Below are positions 9,325-18,944 of a stretch of DNA of 64,000 bases, piece by piece (positions within the stretch are counted from its first letter, which is position 1; the number at the start of each line of letters is the position of its first letter). The stretch comes from Candidatus Nitrospinota bacterium M3_3B_026 (lineage in GTDB: Bacteria; Nitrospinota_A; UBA7883; JBPRGF01): assembly GCA_051418015.1 (NCBI GenBank), contig JBPRGF010000024.1, positions 64,001 to 128,000 on the forward strand. Direction: 5' to 3'. Position numbers and translations under genes: made by a program. Under the pieces are notes generated by a model. That model was not told the origin of the DNA and searched no databases. It saw nothing but the letters and a program-made list of their open reading frames with translations.

Positions 9325-10146
9325 GTGACGCTTGGAAAACCGGTTCTGCCAAAGGAGCACGGCGTGTGGGTGACCCTGCTCACGCCGATGTTCATGGGGA
9401 CCTTCTCCGCCGTCCCGGAGGATGGTTTCAGGCTTGCCGCGGCGGCTCTTTTCGCCGTTTCTTCCCTTTTGGGCGTTTTCGCCATGGAGCCTTTGCGGCT
9501 TTTTGCGAGTCCGGTGAGAGGGGTGGATCCGAAGAGGACAGCCGCCTGGCTCGGGATTTACGCCATCGGCGCGGCGGTCTCTTTCGGGGCTTTTGTGGTT
9601 TTGTATGACTTGTGGGAGCTTTTGTGGCTTCTGGCGCCCGCCGCCATCCTCGCCGGCGTCAGGATGTGGGCGGGCGCGGCCAGGGCGACGCGGGATTTGA
9701 AGGTGGAGCTGATCGGCGTCCTCGGCCTTTGCCTGACGGCCCCGGCGGCAAGCTTCATCCAGACCGGTGTTCTGGGGGCGCGGGGCCTGTTCCTTTACGC
9801 GCTTTGCGTGATATGGTTCACGGACAGGCTGATGAGCGCGCGGCGGACGCTGGAGAGGGTCAGGTCGCGTCCGTCCCTGCCCTCGGCGCTCGACAGGGCG
9901 GCGTGGCATGGAAGGCAGTTGGCCGTACACATCGCCGCTCTCGTCATGGCGGCGCTGGTCATATTCTTTTCCGGCGGCTCGGCGCCGGCCGCGGCTTTTT
10001 TCCCTTTCCTTCTGGCCACGGCGAAGAACGTCCTGGACGTGGGGTTCCTTGAAAACCTTCCTGGCCCCATGCGGATCGGCTTTGCCGAAATGGGGCTGGG
10101 GATAGCCTTCGGCCTCGCCCAGACCGCCGCCTGGCTCTTTGTCTGA
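9325..10146 (+). CDS. YwiC-like polytopic membrane protein
   Basis: N-terminal PKEHGVW, C-terminal IGFAE and multiple hydrophobic segments. Confidence 0.8.
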   Translation: MTLGKPVLPKEHGVWVTLLTPMFMGTFSAVPEDGFRLAAAALFAVSSLLGVFAMEPLRLFASPVRGVDPKRTAAWLGIYAIGAAVSFGAFVVLYDLWELLWLLAPAAILAGVRMWAGAARATRDLKVELIGVLGLCLTAPAASFIQTGVLGARGLFLYALCVIWFTDRLMSARRTLERVRSRPSLPSALDRAAWHGRQLAVHIAALVMAALVIFFSGGSAPAAAFFPFLLATAKNVLDVGFLENLPGPMRIGFAEMGLGIAFGLAQTAAWLFV

Positions 10147-10253
10147 GGGCCGCCGCCCGGGCTCCGTCCGGAGGTGGAAACAAGCCTTGTGTTCCTGTGT
10201 CAAACAATCTAAAATTAACCGCGTTCTTTTCGCCGGGATTCAGCGGCTGGAGT

Positions 10254-10832
10254 ATGAAATTGAACACTTATGATTCTGATCCGCGTCTGTCAGGGCTCGG
10301 CGCGAACGAGGTGAAACTTGCCCGCGCGCTGCTCGGCGGGAACATGATGACAGAGGACCAGTTCGAGGATTTTCTGGGACTCAGGGAGCGTTTCGATCAG
10401 GGCGGCAAGCGCTACCTGGGGGACATAATGGTCGAGCGGGGGTACATCTCCCAAGATGTCGTGGACGAGTTTTTCGCCCAGAACAACGAGATGTACCTTG
10501 AGTTTCTCGACGAGTTGATAGAGACAGGTTTTTTGCGCGAGGACCAGAAGGAGCGAATACTGGCCGACGAGGGCTCCAGGACCAAGGTGGTCTCCGTCCT
10601 GGAAAAGCTCGGGATAATGACGAAAGAGAGCTTCATCAAGCTTTTCAGCAAGAGGGTCAACTCCCTCCGGCTGGGCGACTGGCTCCTGGCCAAGCGCAAG
10701 ATAGACAAGGAGACGCTGGAGAAGGCGTTGAAGGAACAGAACATCTACCGGCTGGAGGATTACCTCAGGTTCCACGAGATAATAGACGAAGCCCGGCTCG
10801 CGAAGATCAAGGAAAAGCTGGGAATCGCCTGA
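10254..10832 (+). CDS. Hypothetical protein built from tandem MshEN-like repeats
   Basis: RYLGDIMVERGYI and RLGDWLLAKRKIDKETLEKALKEQ, plus four more degenerate units. Confidence 0.65.
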   Translation: MKLNTYDSDPRLSGLGANEVKLARALLGGNMMTEDQFEDFLGLRERFDQGGKRYLGDIMVERGYISQDVVDEFFAQNNEMYLEFLDELIETGFLREDQKERILADEGSRTKVVSVLEKLGIMTKESFIKLFSKRVNSLRLGDWLLAKRKIDKETLEKALKEQNIYRLEDYLRFHEIIDEARLAKIKEKLGIA

Positions 10833-10873
10833 GGGGAAAGACGGCCGAGAGGAATCCAGGGAGATACTCGTAA

Positions 10874-11641
10874 ATGGGTTTGATGGACGGCAAAAAAGGG
10901 ATTGTGGTTGGCGTCGCCAATGAGCGCAGCATCGCGTGGGGCATAGCCCGCGCCGCCGCGAGGGAAGGCGCCAGGCTTGGCATGACATACGCCATCGACA
11001 GTCTGGAGAAAAGGGCGCGCCCGCTGGCCGAGGAGATCGGCGCGGATTTTGTCCGCAAAATGGACGTTACCGACGAGGCCCAGGTGGACGAGGTGTTTGA
11101 GACGGCGAGGGAGGCGTTCGGGGAGCTTGATTTCCTCGTCCATGCCGTGGCCTTCTCCGACAAGAGCGAGCTTAAAGGCCCCTACTACAACACCACCCGC
11201 GAAAACTTTTTGAACACCATGGACATCTCAGTCTACTCACTGACCTCGCTGACGCGCCGGGCCATCGGCCTCATGCCGGACGGGGGCTCCATCCTCACGC
11301 TGACTTTTTACGGCGCAAGGAAGGTCATAACCAACTACAACGTCATGGGCGTGGCCAAGGCGGCGCTGGAGGCGTCGGTGCGGTACCTCGCCGTGGACCT
11401 GGGGCCGAAAAACATCCGGGTGAACGCAATATCCGCCGGGCCGTTGAAAACCCTGGCCTCGGCGGGGATATCCGATTTCAGGGAAATGCTCAACCAGGGC
11501 GCCTCGCGCTCGCCGCTCGGCAGGAACGTAACCCTCGAAGAGGTGGGGGAGGCGGGGCTTTATCTTTTGTCCGACATGTCAACGGCCACCACCGGCGAGG
11601 TTCTGTTCGTGGACAGCGGCTATCACGTGACGGGGGTCTGA
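10874..11641 (+). CDS. fabI: Enoyl-ACP reductase (NADH)
   Basis: GVANERSIAWGIA, YNVMGVAKAALE and NAISAGPLKTLA motifs. Confidence 0.95.
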   Translation: MGLMDGKKGIVVGVANERSIAWGIARAAAREGARLGMTYAIDSLEKRARPLAEEIGADFVRKMDVTDEAQVDEVFETAREAFGELDFLVHAVAFSDKSELKGPYYNTTRENFLNTMDISVYSLTSLTRRAIGLMPDGGSILTLTFYGARKVITNYNVMGVAKAALEASVRYLAVDLGPKNIRVNAISAGPLKTLASAGISDFREMLNQGASRSPLGRNVTLEEVGEAGLYLLSDMSTATTGEVLFVDSGYHVTGV

Positions 11642-11646
11642 TCCTC

Positions 11647-12378
11647 GTGTCCCTGAAATTCATCGCCAGCGTCATCTCGGCGAAGGAGGCGGAGGTCGTC
11701 CTGGAGATAGCGGACGTCTTGGACGTCAAGGATCCATCGAAAGGCGCGCTGGGAGCGGCTGATCCACAGATAGTGGCCGATGTGCGGGCCGTGGCGCCGG
11801 ATCTTAAAATCTCCGCGGCCCTTGGGGAGGCCGAGGGCCGGGGCCGTGGCGCGGCCGCGCTGGCGGCGGCGATGGCGGAAGCCGGCGCGGACATCGTGAA
11901 GATAAGCGTGGCCTGCGCGGAGCCGAAGCGGGCTCTTTCCACTCTGCTGGAGGTAAGGAAGGCACTGTCTTACGGCGCGTCCCTCGTCGCCGTGACTTAC
12001 GCGGATTCCCCCAGCGGGCTTTTTATAAAACCTTTCGACTTGCCCTTCCTGGCCTCGGCGGCGGGGGCGGACGGCGTTATGATTGACACGAAGGTGAAGG
12101 ACGGCTCCTGCCTGCTGGACCACGTGACGGAATACGACCTCGCCAGGATAGTCTCCGAGGCCAGGGAGCTTGGCCTCTTCACCGCGTTTGGAGGGTCGCT
12201 CGGCGCCGGGAGCGTCCCGGCCGCCGCCAGGGCCGGCGCGGACTATATCGGTTTCCGCTCCGCTATAGCCTCGGCGGGCAGGGCGGGGGAGGGGATCGAC
12301 GCCGGGAAGGCGCTCGCCATATCGCTGGCGCTCAAGAGTTTTTCCGCCGAGACCGCGGGGGCGAAGGGGTTGGCCTGA
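11647..12378 (+). CDS. mfnB: (5-formylfuran-3-yl)methyl phosphate synthase homologue (4-HFC-P synthase, DUF556)
   Basis: DVKDPSKGALGA, ISAALG, IVKIS, MIDTKVKDG, GGSL and GFRSA motifs of the family. GTG start 5 nt after fabI. Confidence 0.85.
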   Translation: MSLKFIASVISAKEAEVVLEIADVLDVKDPSKGALGAADPQIVADVRAVAPDLKISAALGEAEGRGRGAAALAAAMAEAGADIVKISVACAEPKRALSTLLEVRKALSYGASLVAVTYADSPSGLFIKPFDLPFLASAAGADGVMIDTKVKDGSCLLDHVTEYDLARIVSEARELGLFTAFGGSLGAGSVPAAARAGADYIGFRSAIASAGRAGEGIDAGKALAISLALKSFSAETAGAKGLA

Positions 12379-12385
12379 CTTTTTG

Positions 12386-13039
12386 TCACGCCCGAGCCGG
12401 CGTGATCCTGGTCCCCTCCGCGCGGCCTTTCAGGAACAGGCCGGAAAGCCTCTCCGGCGCTCGGCCGTTTATCGCGTAAACCTCCCACCACGGTTCTATG
12501 AACCCGCCGAACAGCGGATCCACAAGCCCCTGCCGGGCGGCTGTCTCCGCGTCCGTTTCGGGGACAGGACGCCCGTTTTCCATAACGCCGTCCACGCTCT
12601 TCAACAGAACCAGGCGGGTCAGCCCCAGTAACTGCGCGGCCCTGGCGGCTATCGTGTCGGAGGTCGCCTCCCATGTATGCGGGATCCCCGCGTCCTCGGC
12701 GGCGAAAGGGTAGGGGATGAAGACCGGCAGACACCCTTTACGCCAACCCGCCGCGACCCCCTCCCCGTCCCGGGCGATCTTCCCCGCCGGGAGCCTGGAG
12801 GCCAGCTCGTGGCCGTATTGCGCCATGGCCAGGACCGCCTGGACATGTGCCGCGCCGTCCGGCGCTCTCCGCGCCGCGCCACGTTCGCGGACGAAATCGG
12901 CGAACCGCCCACCGCCGGGGATTATCACCATATCCACGACGCCGGAGAGATCCGCGATCACGCCGAGGAGCGGCCCGAGGACATTGTCCTCGTCCAGGCT
13001 GCCGCCGATCTTGACCGCCCAGCGGGCGCGCTTTCTCAA
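12386..13039 (-). CDS. Amino-acid-kinase-family protein of the MfnE / methylotroph orf21 type
   Basis: VKIGGSL, IPGGGRFAD, AH.QA.LAM..YG, PHTWEATSDTIA and LKSVDG motifs. Confidence 0.75.
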   Translation of the reverse strand: MRKRARWAVKIGGSLDEDNVLGPLLGVIADLSGVVDMVIIPGGGRFADFVRERGAARRAPDGAAHVQAVLAMAQYGHELASRLPAGKIARDGEGVAAGWRKGCLPVFIPYPFAAEDAGIPHTWEATSDTIAARAAQLLGLTRLVLLKSVDGVMENGRPVPETDAETAARQGLVDPLFGGFIEPWWEVYAINGRAPERLSGLFLKGRAEGTRITPARA

Positions 13040-13046
13040 AATCGAG

Positions 13047-16000
13047 TTACTTCAGCGTCTTCACGTTCACCGGCGGTGACGGCTCGCTCATGAGCCCGTC
13101 GGAGTCCACGGCGGTGACCACGTAGGTATAGGACGAATCAGGCTTCAGCCCCTCCACCTTGAAAGACGGGACGCCGCTTTCACCGATCTTCTGTTTGCCG
13201 AAGAACCCGGCCGAATAGACGATGTAGCGCTCGATGTCCGGCTCCGGGTTGGGCTCCCACGCGAGCGTCACGGAGTCGAAACCGGCCACGGCTTCCAGGC
13301 CAGCCGGAGCGCCCGGCAGCGGCTTGGTGCCCACCGACGTGGTTTGGGACTCTTCGCTGACCAGATCGTCCTCATCCACGGCCTGGACGCGGTAATAATA
13401 GGTCTGGCCGTTTTTGAGGCCCGTGTCCTCGTAAACGGCGGCCCGCGAGGAGGCTATCGTGGCGAAGCCTGATGTGGGGCTGGCGCTACGGAGTATCCTG
13501 TAGCTTTTTATGTCCGGCTCAGGGTTTGATTTCCAGGTCAGCGTCGTCCTGCCGGCCTCGCCCTGTGTTCCGGAAAGCCCCGTCGGCGCCGACGGGACGG
13601 GCTTGGTGAGGGCCTGGACGATTTTTGGATCAAGGCTTTCCACGTCCACGGAGTTGAACGCCCTCACGGCGTAATAGTAGACCTTCCCGTCCTCCAGCCT
13701 CTCCAGCCAGGAGCCCGTGTCTTTGTATCGGCTGGCGGAGGGGTCGCTTATCTTCTTTATCTTTTCCAGGCTGTCCGGCGTTTTGCCGCGGTAGATTATG
13801 TATCCGGCCACCTCCGGGTCGGTGGACGGCGTCCAGGAAACCACCGCCTGCTTGACGAGTCCCGATGTGGCCCTGACGTCCTCCGGGCCGGCGGGCGGGC
13901 CGAAGGTCGCTCCGCTCACCGGCGCCGTCGGCTCGGACTCCGCCCCTCCGACGTTCACGGCGGTCAGCTTGTAATAGTATTTTTGTCCGTCCTTGATCGT
14001 GGCGCCGGTCTTGTCCTCGTCGGTGTATTCGGTGACCGACCTGTCGGCGATCTCCTTTATCATCTCGAACGGTCCTCTCGGGGCGCCGCTCCTGTATATC
14101 CTGTACTTTTCCACATCCCCGTCCGGGTGCATGTCCCAGGACAGCGATATCGAACGCACAGACGCCGAGACGACGCCGAAGCCGGCGGGGGAGGCGGGTT
14201 TCTGGCGCGTCGCGGCGGAGACGGGCTCGGTCTCGTTGCCGTACTTGCCGGCCTTGTTGTAGGAGATCATCTTGTACCAGAAGACTTTTCCGTCTTCCAG
14301 CTCGCGCCCAGGCTCCGAGCCGCCTTTGTCGACGTATTCCGCCGTCGTCCTGTCGCGAATATCCGCGATCTCGCTGTACGCGCCGTCCCTGGTCTCGCCG
14401 CGGAAAATTTTGTAGCCGCTGGTCTCCTCGTCGTCGCTGGCGCTCCATTTCAGGGGGATTCGCCGTATCTGCCCGGATCGGGCGGCCAGCCTTGTGGGAG
14501 GGTTCGGCCCTCCCTTGGTTATGACGTAGCCCACCTTCGAAGGGTCAGACTTCACGCCGTCGTCGTTGTAGGCGACGATGCGGTAATAATATTTTTTGCC
14601 GTCCTCCAGCTTGTTCCTGTAAGAGCCGTCATCGACATGCTCCACGTCATCCCTGTCGGTCAGCTTCTCCACCTTTTCGAAGGGTCCTCCGGGGCTCTCG
14701 GAGCGGTACAGGATATACCCCTTAACCTCCGGCTCCGGGCTCATGTTCCAGGTGACGGTGTTTTCCCGGAACTTGTCGGAGTAGCCCCCCACGCCCGTCG
14801 GGGGGCTTGGGCGCAGGCGGATCATGTTTCCCTTCTGGACCGAGTACCTGCCCTGCTCTTTTATGATCCTGGCCTGGGAGGAGGCGGGGCCGGGGGCAGT
14901 TATCCTGATCTTGCCGGTGAGTTTCTGGTTTATGGCCAGGACCATCCCCGTCTCCGGGTCCACGACCCTTTCGCTGGCGTCGAAAACGGTGTAGACCTGG
15001 CCCTTCTCGGCTCCTTTCATTGTCCCCACATTCACCGTCACGGTTCTGGTCCAGTCGCCGTCGTCCTCTTTCTTTCGCTCCACGACGTATCCGTCCTTGA
15101 AGGGCAGGACACGGAAGATTTTTATGACGTGGGGCGAGTCCGCCCGGCCGGAATATCGCGTGTTGCCGGATTCGTCGGCGGCTTCTATGTAGTAGTTCAG
15201 CGTTTCGGAGGACATGAAGACCTCCGGGATGGGGCTTTCGAAGTCTCCCCGGCCCGAGGTGTCCTTCATCTCCTCCTGCAGGTAGTCGTCATCCTCGCCG
15301 CGCTTGTAGTATATCCCGACACGGGCCAGCGTCTTGTTGTCCTTTACCTTGGCGCGTATCATCAGCTTTGTCGCGTCGGAACTCGCGGTGATGGGATCAT
15401 GGAAGATGTTGGGAGCGTCCTTGTCCAACTCCGCGACCCGCACATCGAACGGCGAATCCGGCCTCCCGTCATAGGTGATGGAGCCGCCGAAGTCCTTTGC
15501 GGTTATGAAATACTGGATACCCTCGACGGTCACCCTGTCCCGGGGGATGACGCCCTCATAAATTCCCCGGCTGATCTGCTCCATCGGCGCCTTCTCGTAT
15601 TTTCCGGCGCCAGGCGCCCTGTAATTGAGCGTGACCTCCTCCACCCGCTTGTTGTCGGTCACCCTGGCCTTGACGCGGATGGAGCTTCCCTCCTTGCCCT
15701 CCTCAACGGGCTTGTGGTCTATAACCGCCGGTGTTTCGTCCAGCTCCTCCAGCTCCGCGTAGAAGTCGGACCGCTCCGATGGGCCTATGGAGATATCCCG
15801 TTCGAGTGGCCTGTATCCCTGTTTGACTATTCTTATGCTGTGGCGGCCGACGGGTATCTCGTCCAGTTCCACGGGTTCCGCGCCTGTGATGCCGATCAGC
15901 CTGTTGTCTATGTGAACCTCAGCCTCCGGCTGGCTGGACTGGACGATGACCGAGCCAAGGTTCCGCGCCCGGGCCTGCTCGTGGAGCTTTACGGCGTTGG

Positions 16001-16346
16001 GCGGATAACGCGCCGGGGACAGCTTCCTCGAAGGGTCCAGGACCACGGAGAGGCGGAACTGCTCCTCGGCCTTGTCCAGGAATCCCCGGGCGAGGTGGAC
16101 CATCCCCAACATGAGATGGGCGGTGGCTTTCGTTTTGTCGTCGCCCGCCTGGGAGAGAGCCCGCTCCAGGGCGTCCGCGGCCTCGCTGTATTCGCCCTGC
16201 CTGTACATCTTCTCCGCGGCGGTCAGGGACTCGGCCACGCTCTGGGCGAAGGCCGGGAGGGCCAGGGCCAGGATGAGCAGGACGGCCGGGAGCAGCGCCG
16301 TGGCGAACGGTCCCGGCGGTTCGGCGTATAACCTTCTTTCAAGCAT
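13047..16346 (-). CDS. Large exported protein: TPR + PEGA + two Ig-like repeats + FlgT_C-like barrel + ~6 fibronectin III repeats
   Basis: Signal peptide ending AFA, TPR helices, SQPEAEVHID PEGA, and repeated W...(G)Y.IYR...DGK.YYY FN3 units. Confidence 0.85.
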   Translation of the reverse strand: MLERRLYAEPPGPFATALLPAVLLILALALPAFAQSVAESLTAAEKMYRQGEYSEAADALERALSQAGDDKTKATAHLMLGMVHLARGFLDKAEEQFRLSVVLDPSRKLSPARYPPNAVKLHEQARARNLGSVIVQSSQPEAEVHIDNRLIGITGAEPVELDEIPVGRHSIRIVKQGYRPLERDISIGPSERSDFYAELEELDETPAVIDHKPVEEGKEGSSIRVKARVTDNKRVEEVTLNYRAPGAGKYEKAPMEQISRGIYEGVIPRDRVTVEGIQYFITAKDFGGSITYDGRPDSPFDVRVAELDKDAPNIFHDPITASSDATKLMIRAKVKDNKTLARVGIYYKRGEDDDYLQEEMKDTSGRGDFESPIPEVFMSSETLNYYIEAADESGNTRYSGRADSPHVIKIFRVLPFKDGYVVERKKEDDGDWTRTVTVNVGTMKGAEKGQVYTVFDASERVVDPETGMVLAINQKLTGKIRITAPGPASSQARIIKEQGRYSVQKGNMIRLRPSPPTGVGGYSDKFRENTVTWNMSPEPEVKGYILYRSESPGGPFEKVEKLTDRDDVEHVDDGSYRNKLEDGKKYYYRIVAYNDDGVKSDPSKVGYVITKGGPNPPTRLAARSGQIRRIPLKWSASDDEETSGYKIFRGETRDGAYSEIADIRDRTTAEYVDKGGSEPGRELEDGKVFWYKMISYNKAGKYGNETEPVSAATRQKPASPAGFGVVSASVRSISLSWDMHPDGDVEKYRIYRSGAPRGPFEMIKEIADRSVTEYTDEDKTGATIKDGQKYYYKLTAVNVGGAESEPTAPVSGATFGPPAGPEDVRATSGLVKQAVVSWTPSTDPEVAGYIIYRGKTPDSLEKIKKISDPSASRYKDTGSWLERLEDGKVYYYAVRAFNSVDVESLDPKIVQALTKPVPSAPTGLSGTQGEAGRTTLTWKSNPEPDIKSYRILRSASPTSGFATIASSRAAVYEDTGLKNGQTYYYRVQAVDEDDLVSEESQTTSVGTKPLPGAPAGLEAVAGFDSVTLAWEPNPEPDIERYIVYSAGFFGKQKIGESGVPSFKVEGLKPDSSYTYVVTAVDSDGLMSEPSPPVNVKTLK

Positions 16347-16472
16347 AGATGGCGGTCTGCGGCTAGCGGGATTTCATTATAGAGAAGAAAGATTATTTCA
16401 ATGTGTTTTCTCTTTCAAGCTTAAAGTGCCGATCAGCCGAAAAAAACCGGCGAGGCGGGGGTGGACTGCCCG

Positions 16473-18686
16473 TCACGGGATTTCTATCCTGCTGGTAACC
16501 CCCTCCTCGATCATCACCTTGCGCTTGTAGTCGGGCCGTCCTTCTCTTTTCACCACCAGCCTGTGCGCCCCGGCCGGGATGTCCCCCGCTTCAAGGGGCG
16601 TCTTGCCGTGAAGCCTGCCATCTATGAAGACCATGCCGGGTGTTCTGGAGATCACCTTGAGGGCGCCGACGCCAGCCTTCGCCCTCTTCGCCTCCATCTC
16701 GGTGAACGTGTGGGAGATTTTGAGCCTTTTGTCCTCTTCAACCACGTAGGTCTCGACGAAGGGTTTGAACCCTGGGTTTATCAGCCTCACCTCCACCTGC
16801 CCTTCCCTGACCTCCCTTTCCAGGGTGGGAGGCGTGACCCCCACCTTTTCCCCGTTGAAATAGACATCCGCCCAGGGAGTGGCGGTCACCGTGATGAGGC
16901 CGCGGCCTATCTTTTCAAGAACCGCTTTCACTTCCGCCTGCCCTCCCGCTCCGATCGTGACCTTGCCATGGTATGGCCTGTAGCCTTCCGCCTTAACGGC
17001 GATCGCCCGCTCGCCCTGCGGCGCCTTCCATGTGGAGGGCGCCGCGCCAAGCCTCCGGCCGTCCAGGAACACCTCGGCCCCCGGCGGCTCGGAGACGACG
17101 GAGAGCGAGCCGGTGGTGATCTTTTTCAGCTTGATGTCCAGGGTGGCGCCCTCCGTCTCGGACATCCTGAAACTTCTGGTCACGTCCTCGTATCCCTTCA
17201 TGGCGGCCTTCAGCCTGTGCTCGCCGGGGGAGAGACCGGCAAGGAGAAGCGGCGCGGCCCCCTTTTTCTTTTTGTCTATCCATATCACGCCGCCTCCCGG
17301 CCTGGTGTAGACCTTGAGCGTTCCGGGGGCCAGGGCGGGTTTCGCGGATATCTCGATGGGGCCGTCTTCCTTGACGGTCACCTCCCGCGTCCAGGGCGAG
17401 TAGCCCTCGGCCCGCACCTCCACCATGTGTTCTCCCGGCGCCAGGGAGGCCTCCATCTCGCCCGGCGCGGCCCCTGCCTTCTCGCCGTCAATGTATGTCT
17501 CGCCCTTGACCGGTGATTTCACCTTGAGCGTTATGCCCACCGGTTCGGGAGCGGTCGCTGGAGCCGGTTCTGTGGGTTTCTGGGCCTTTCCCACGGCGGT
17601 TTCCTTCACTTCCGGGGTTTCCGGCTCCGGGATTTCGGGCGCGGCGGCGCTCCAGGGCTCGGCGGGAGGCTCGACCGTCAGACGGCCATAATAATAGTAC
17701 CCGGCGCCGGCCGCCATGACGAGAAACAGGAGGAACAGCGCGGTGGCCGTGGAGCCCCGTCTCGCCGCTGGCTTTGAAGGCTCCTCCAGCTCCTTCGTGA
17801 TGTCGTTCCTGTCGAAGTCCACGGTCATGACCGCGTCCGAGTCTGTGAGGCCGAGGAACCCGCCGCCTGCGGAGAGTTTCCTGATGTCCTCCACCAGTTC
17901 GCGGCCGGACTGGTAGCGTTCGTCGGGGCTCTTGGCCATCATCTTCCCTATGATCGCGTCCACCGCCGGGGGGACTCCGGGGGCGACGCTGCTCGGAGGC
18001 GGGGGTTGGTCCTTGATGATCTTGTAGATGATGCTGGTCAGGGACTCTCCCTCGAAGGGCCGTCTGCCCGTCACCATCTCGTAGAACATCACGCCGAGGC
18101 TGAAGATGTCCGACCGCCCGTCCACGGGCAGGCCCTGCACCTGCTCCGGGGACATGTAGGAGGGCGACCCGACGGCGTGGCCGGTCTGCGTGACGGAGCC
18201 CGCCGAGGCCAGCCGCGCAAGGCCGAAGTCGGTGATCTTCACCCTGTCCCCGTCCTGCAGGAGGATGTTGCCGGGCTTGATGTCCCTGTGCACGATCCCG
18301 CGCTCGTGGGCGAAGGCCAGGCCGTCGGCTATCTGCTCCACGATGGGCGAGGCCCGCTCCACCGGCATCGGGCCGGTTTCAGCGAGGATGGCGGAAAGAT
18401 CCAGTCCCTCTATATATTCCATGGCGAGGAAGCTTTTGCTCTCCTCCTCGCCGATGTCGTAGATGGTGATGATGTTGGGGTGGGCGAGCTTGCCCGCGGC
18501 CCTGGCTTCTATGTAAAACCGCTCCAGCAGCTCCTTTTCGCGTGCGGTGTCGCCTATGTCGTCCAGCCTGATGATCTTGAGGGCCACCAGGCGGTCGATG
18601 CGGGGGTCTTTGCCTTTGAGCACTATGCCCATGCCGCCGCGTCCGAGCTCTTTTATTATCTCGTACCGTCCGAGTTTCCAGGACAT
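16473..18686 (-). CDS. Membrane Hanks-type Ser/Thr protein kinase with five PEGA domains
   Basis: GRGGMG, VALK, HRDIKPGN, DFGLA and GSPSYMSPE motifs, one TM, Pro-rich linker and PEGA repeats. Alternative TTG start at 18695. Confidence 0.93.
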   Translation of the reverse strand: MSWKLGRYEIIKELGRGGMGIVLKGKDPRIDRLVALKIIRLDDIGDTAREKELLERFYIEARAAGKLAHPNIITIYDIGEEESKSFLAMEYIEGLDLSAILAETGPMPVERASPIVEQIADGLAFAHERGIVHRDIKPGNILLQDGDRVKITDFGLARLASAGSVTQTGHAVGSPSYMSPEQVQGLPVDGRSDIFSLGVMFYEMVTGRRPFEGESLTSIIYKIIKDQPPPPSSVAPGVPPAVDAIIGKMMAKSPDERYQSGRELVEDIRKLSAGGGFLGLTDSDAVMTVDFDRNDITKELEEPSKPAARRGSTATALFLLFLVMAAGAGYYYYGRLTVEPPAEPWSAAAPEIPEPETPEVKETAVGKAQKPTEPAPATAPEPVGITLKVKSPVKGETYIDGEKAGAAPGEMEASLAPGEHMVEVRAEGYSPWTREVTVKEDGPIEISAKPALAPGTLKVYTRPGGGVIWIDKKKKGAAPLLLAGLSPGEHRLKAAMKGYEDVTRSFRMSETEGATLDIKLKKITTGSLSVVSEPPGAEVFLDGRRLGAAPSTWKAPQGERAIAVKAEGYRPYHGKVTIGAGGQAEVKAVLEKIGRGLITVTATPWADVYFNGEKVGVTPPTLEREVREGQVEVRLINPGFKPFVETYVVEEDKRLKISHTFTEMEAKRAKAGVGALKVISRTPGMVFIDGRLHGKTPLEAGDIPAGAHRLVVKREGRPDYKRKVMIEEGVTSRIEIP

Positions 18687-18944
18687 CTCAAGCAACCGGT
18701 CGCCGTTTTCCAGGATAGAGCCTTTTTACAAGGCGCGCGCGTCAGTCAATGAAAGGGTTTGTCAATGAGTCTTTGCGTACTGCCGCCCTACAGAGTATAT
18801 GCCATCCGGGCCGCGTGTGTCCACGGCTCCATTCCCGGTCCAGGTCATGGCGCGAGGCGCCGGTCTTCGCCGGATTTGTTTGCAAACTTGGGGCGAGCGC
18901 AAGTAAAATATCCAATTCTTTTCAGCCTGATCCTATCGAGAGTA

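Noticed and set aside
13983..16331. Very long antisense/alternate-frame ORFs (also 18933-20924 -, 20929-22509 -, 29395-31749 -, 39601-41286 +, 41920-43914 +, 59552-61072 -)
   Set aside because: They overlap well-supported genes, have Arg/Gly/Pro-rich or antisense-shadow composition, and show no motifs. Such ORFs are expected in high-GC DNA.
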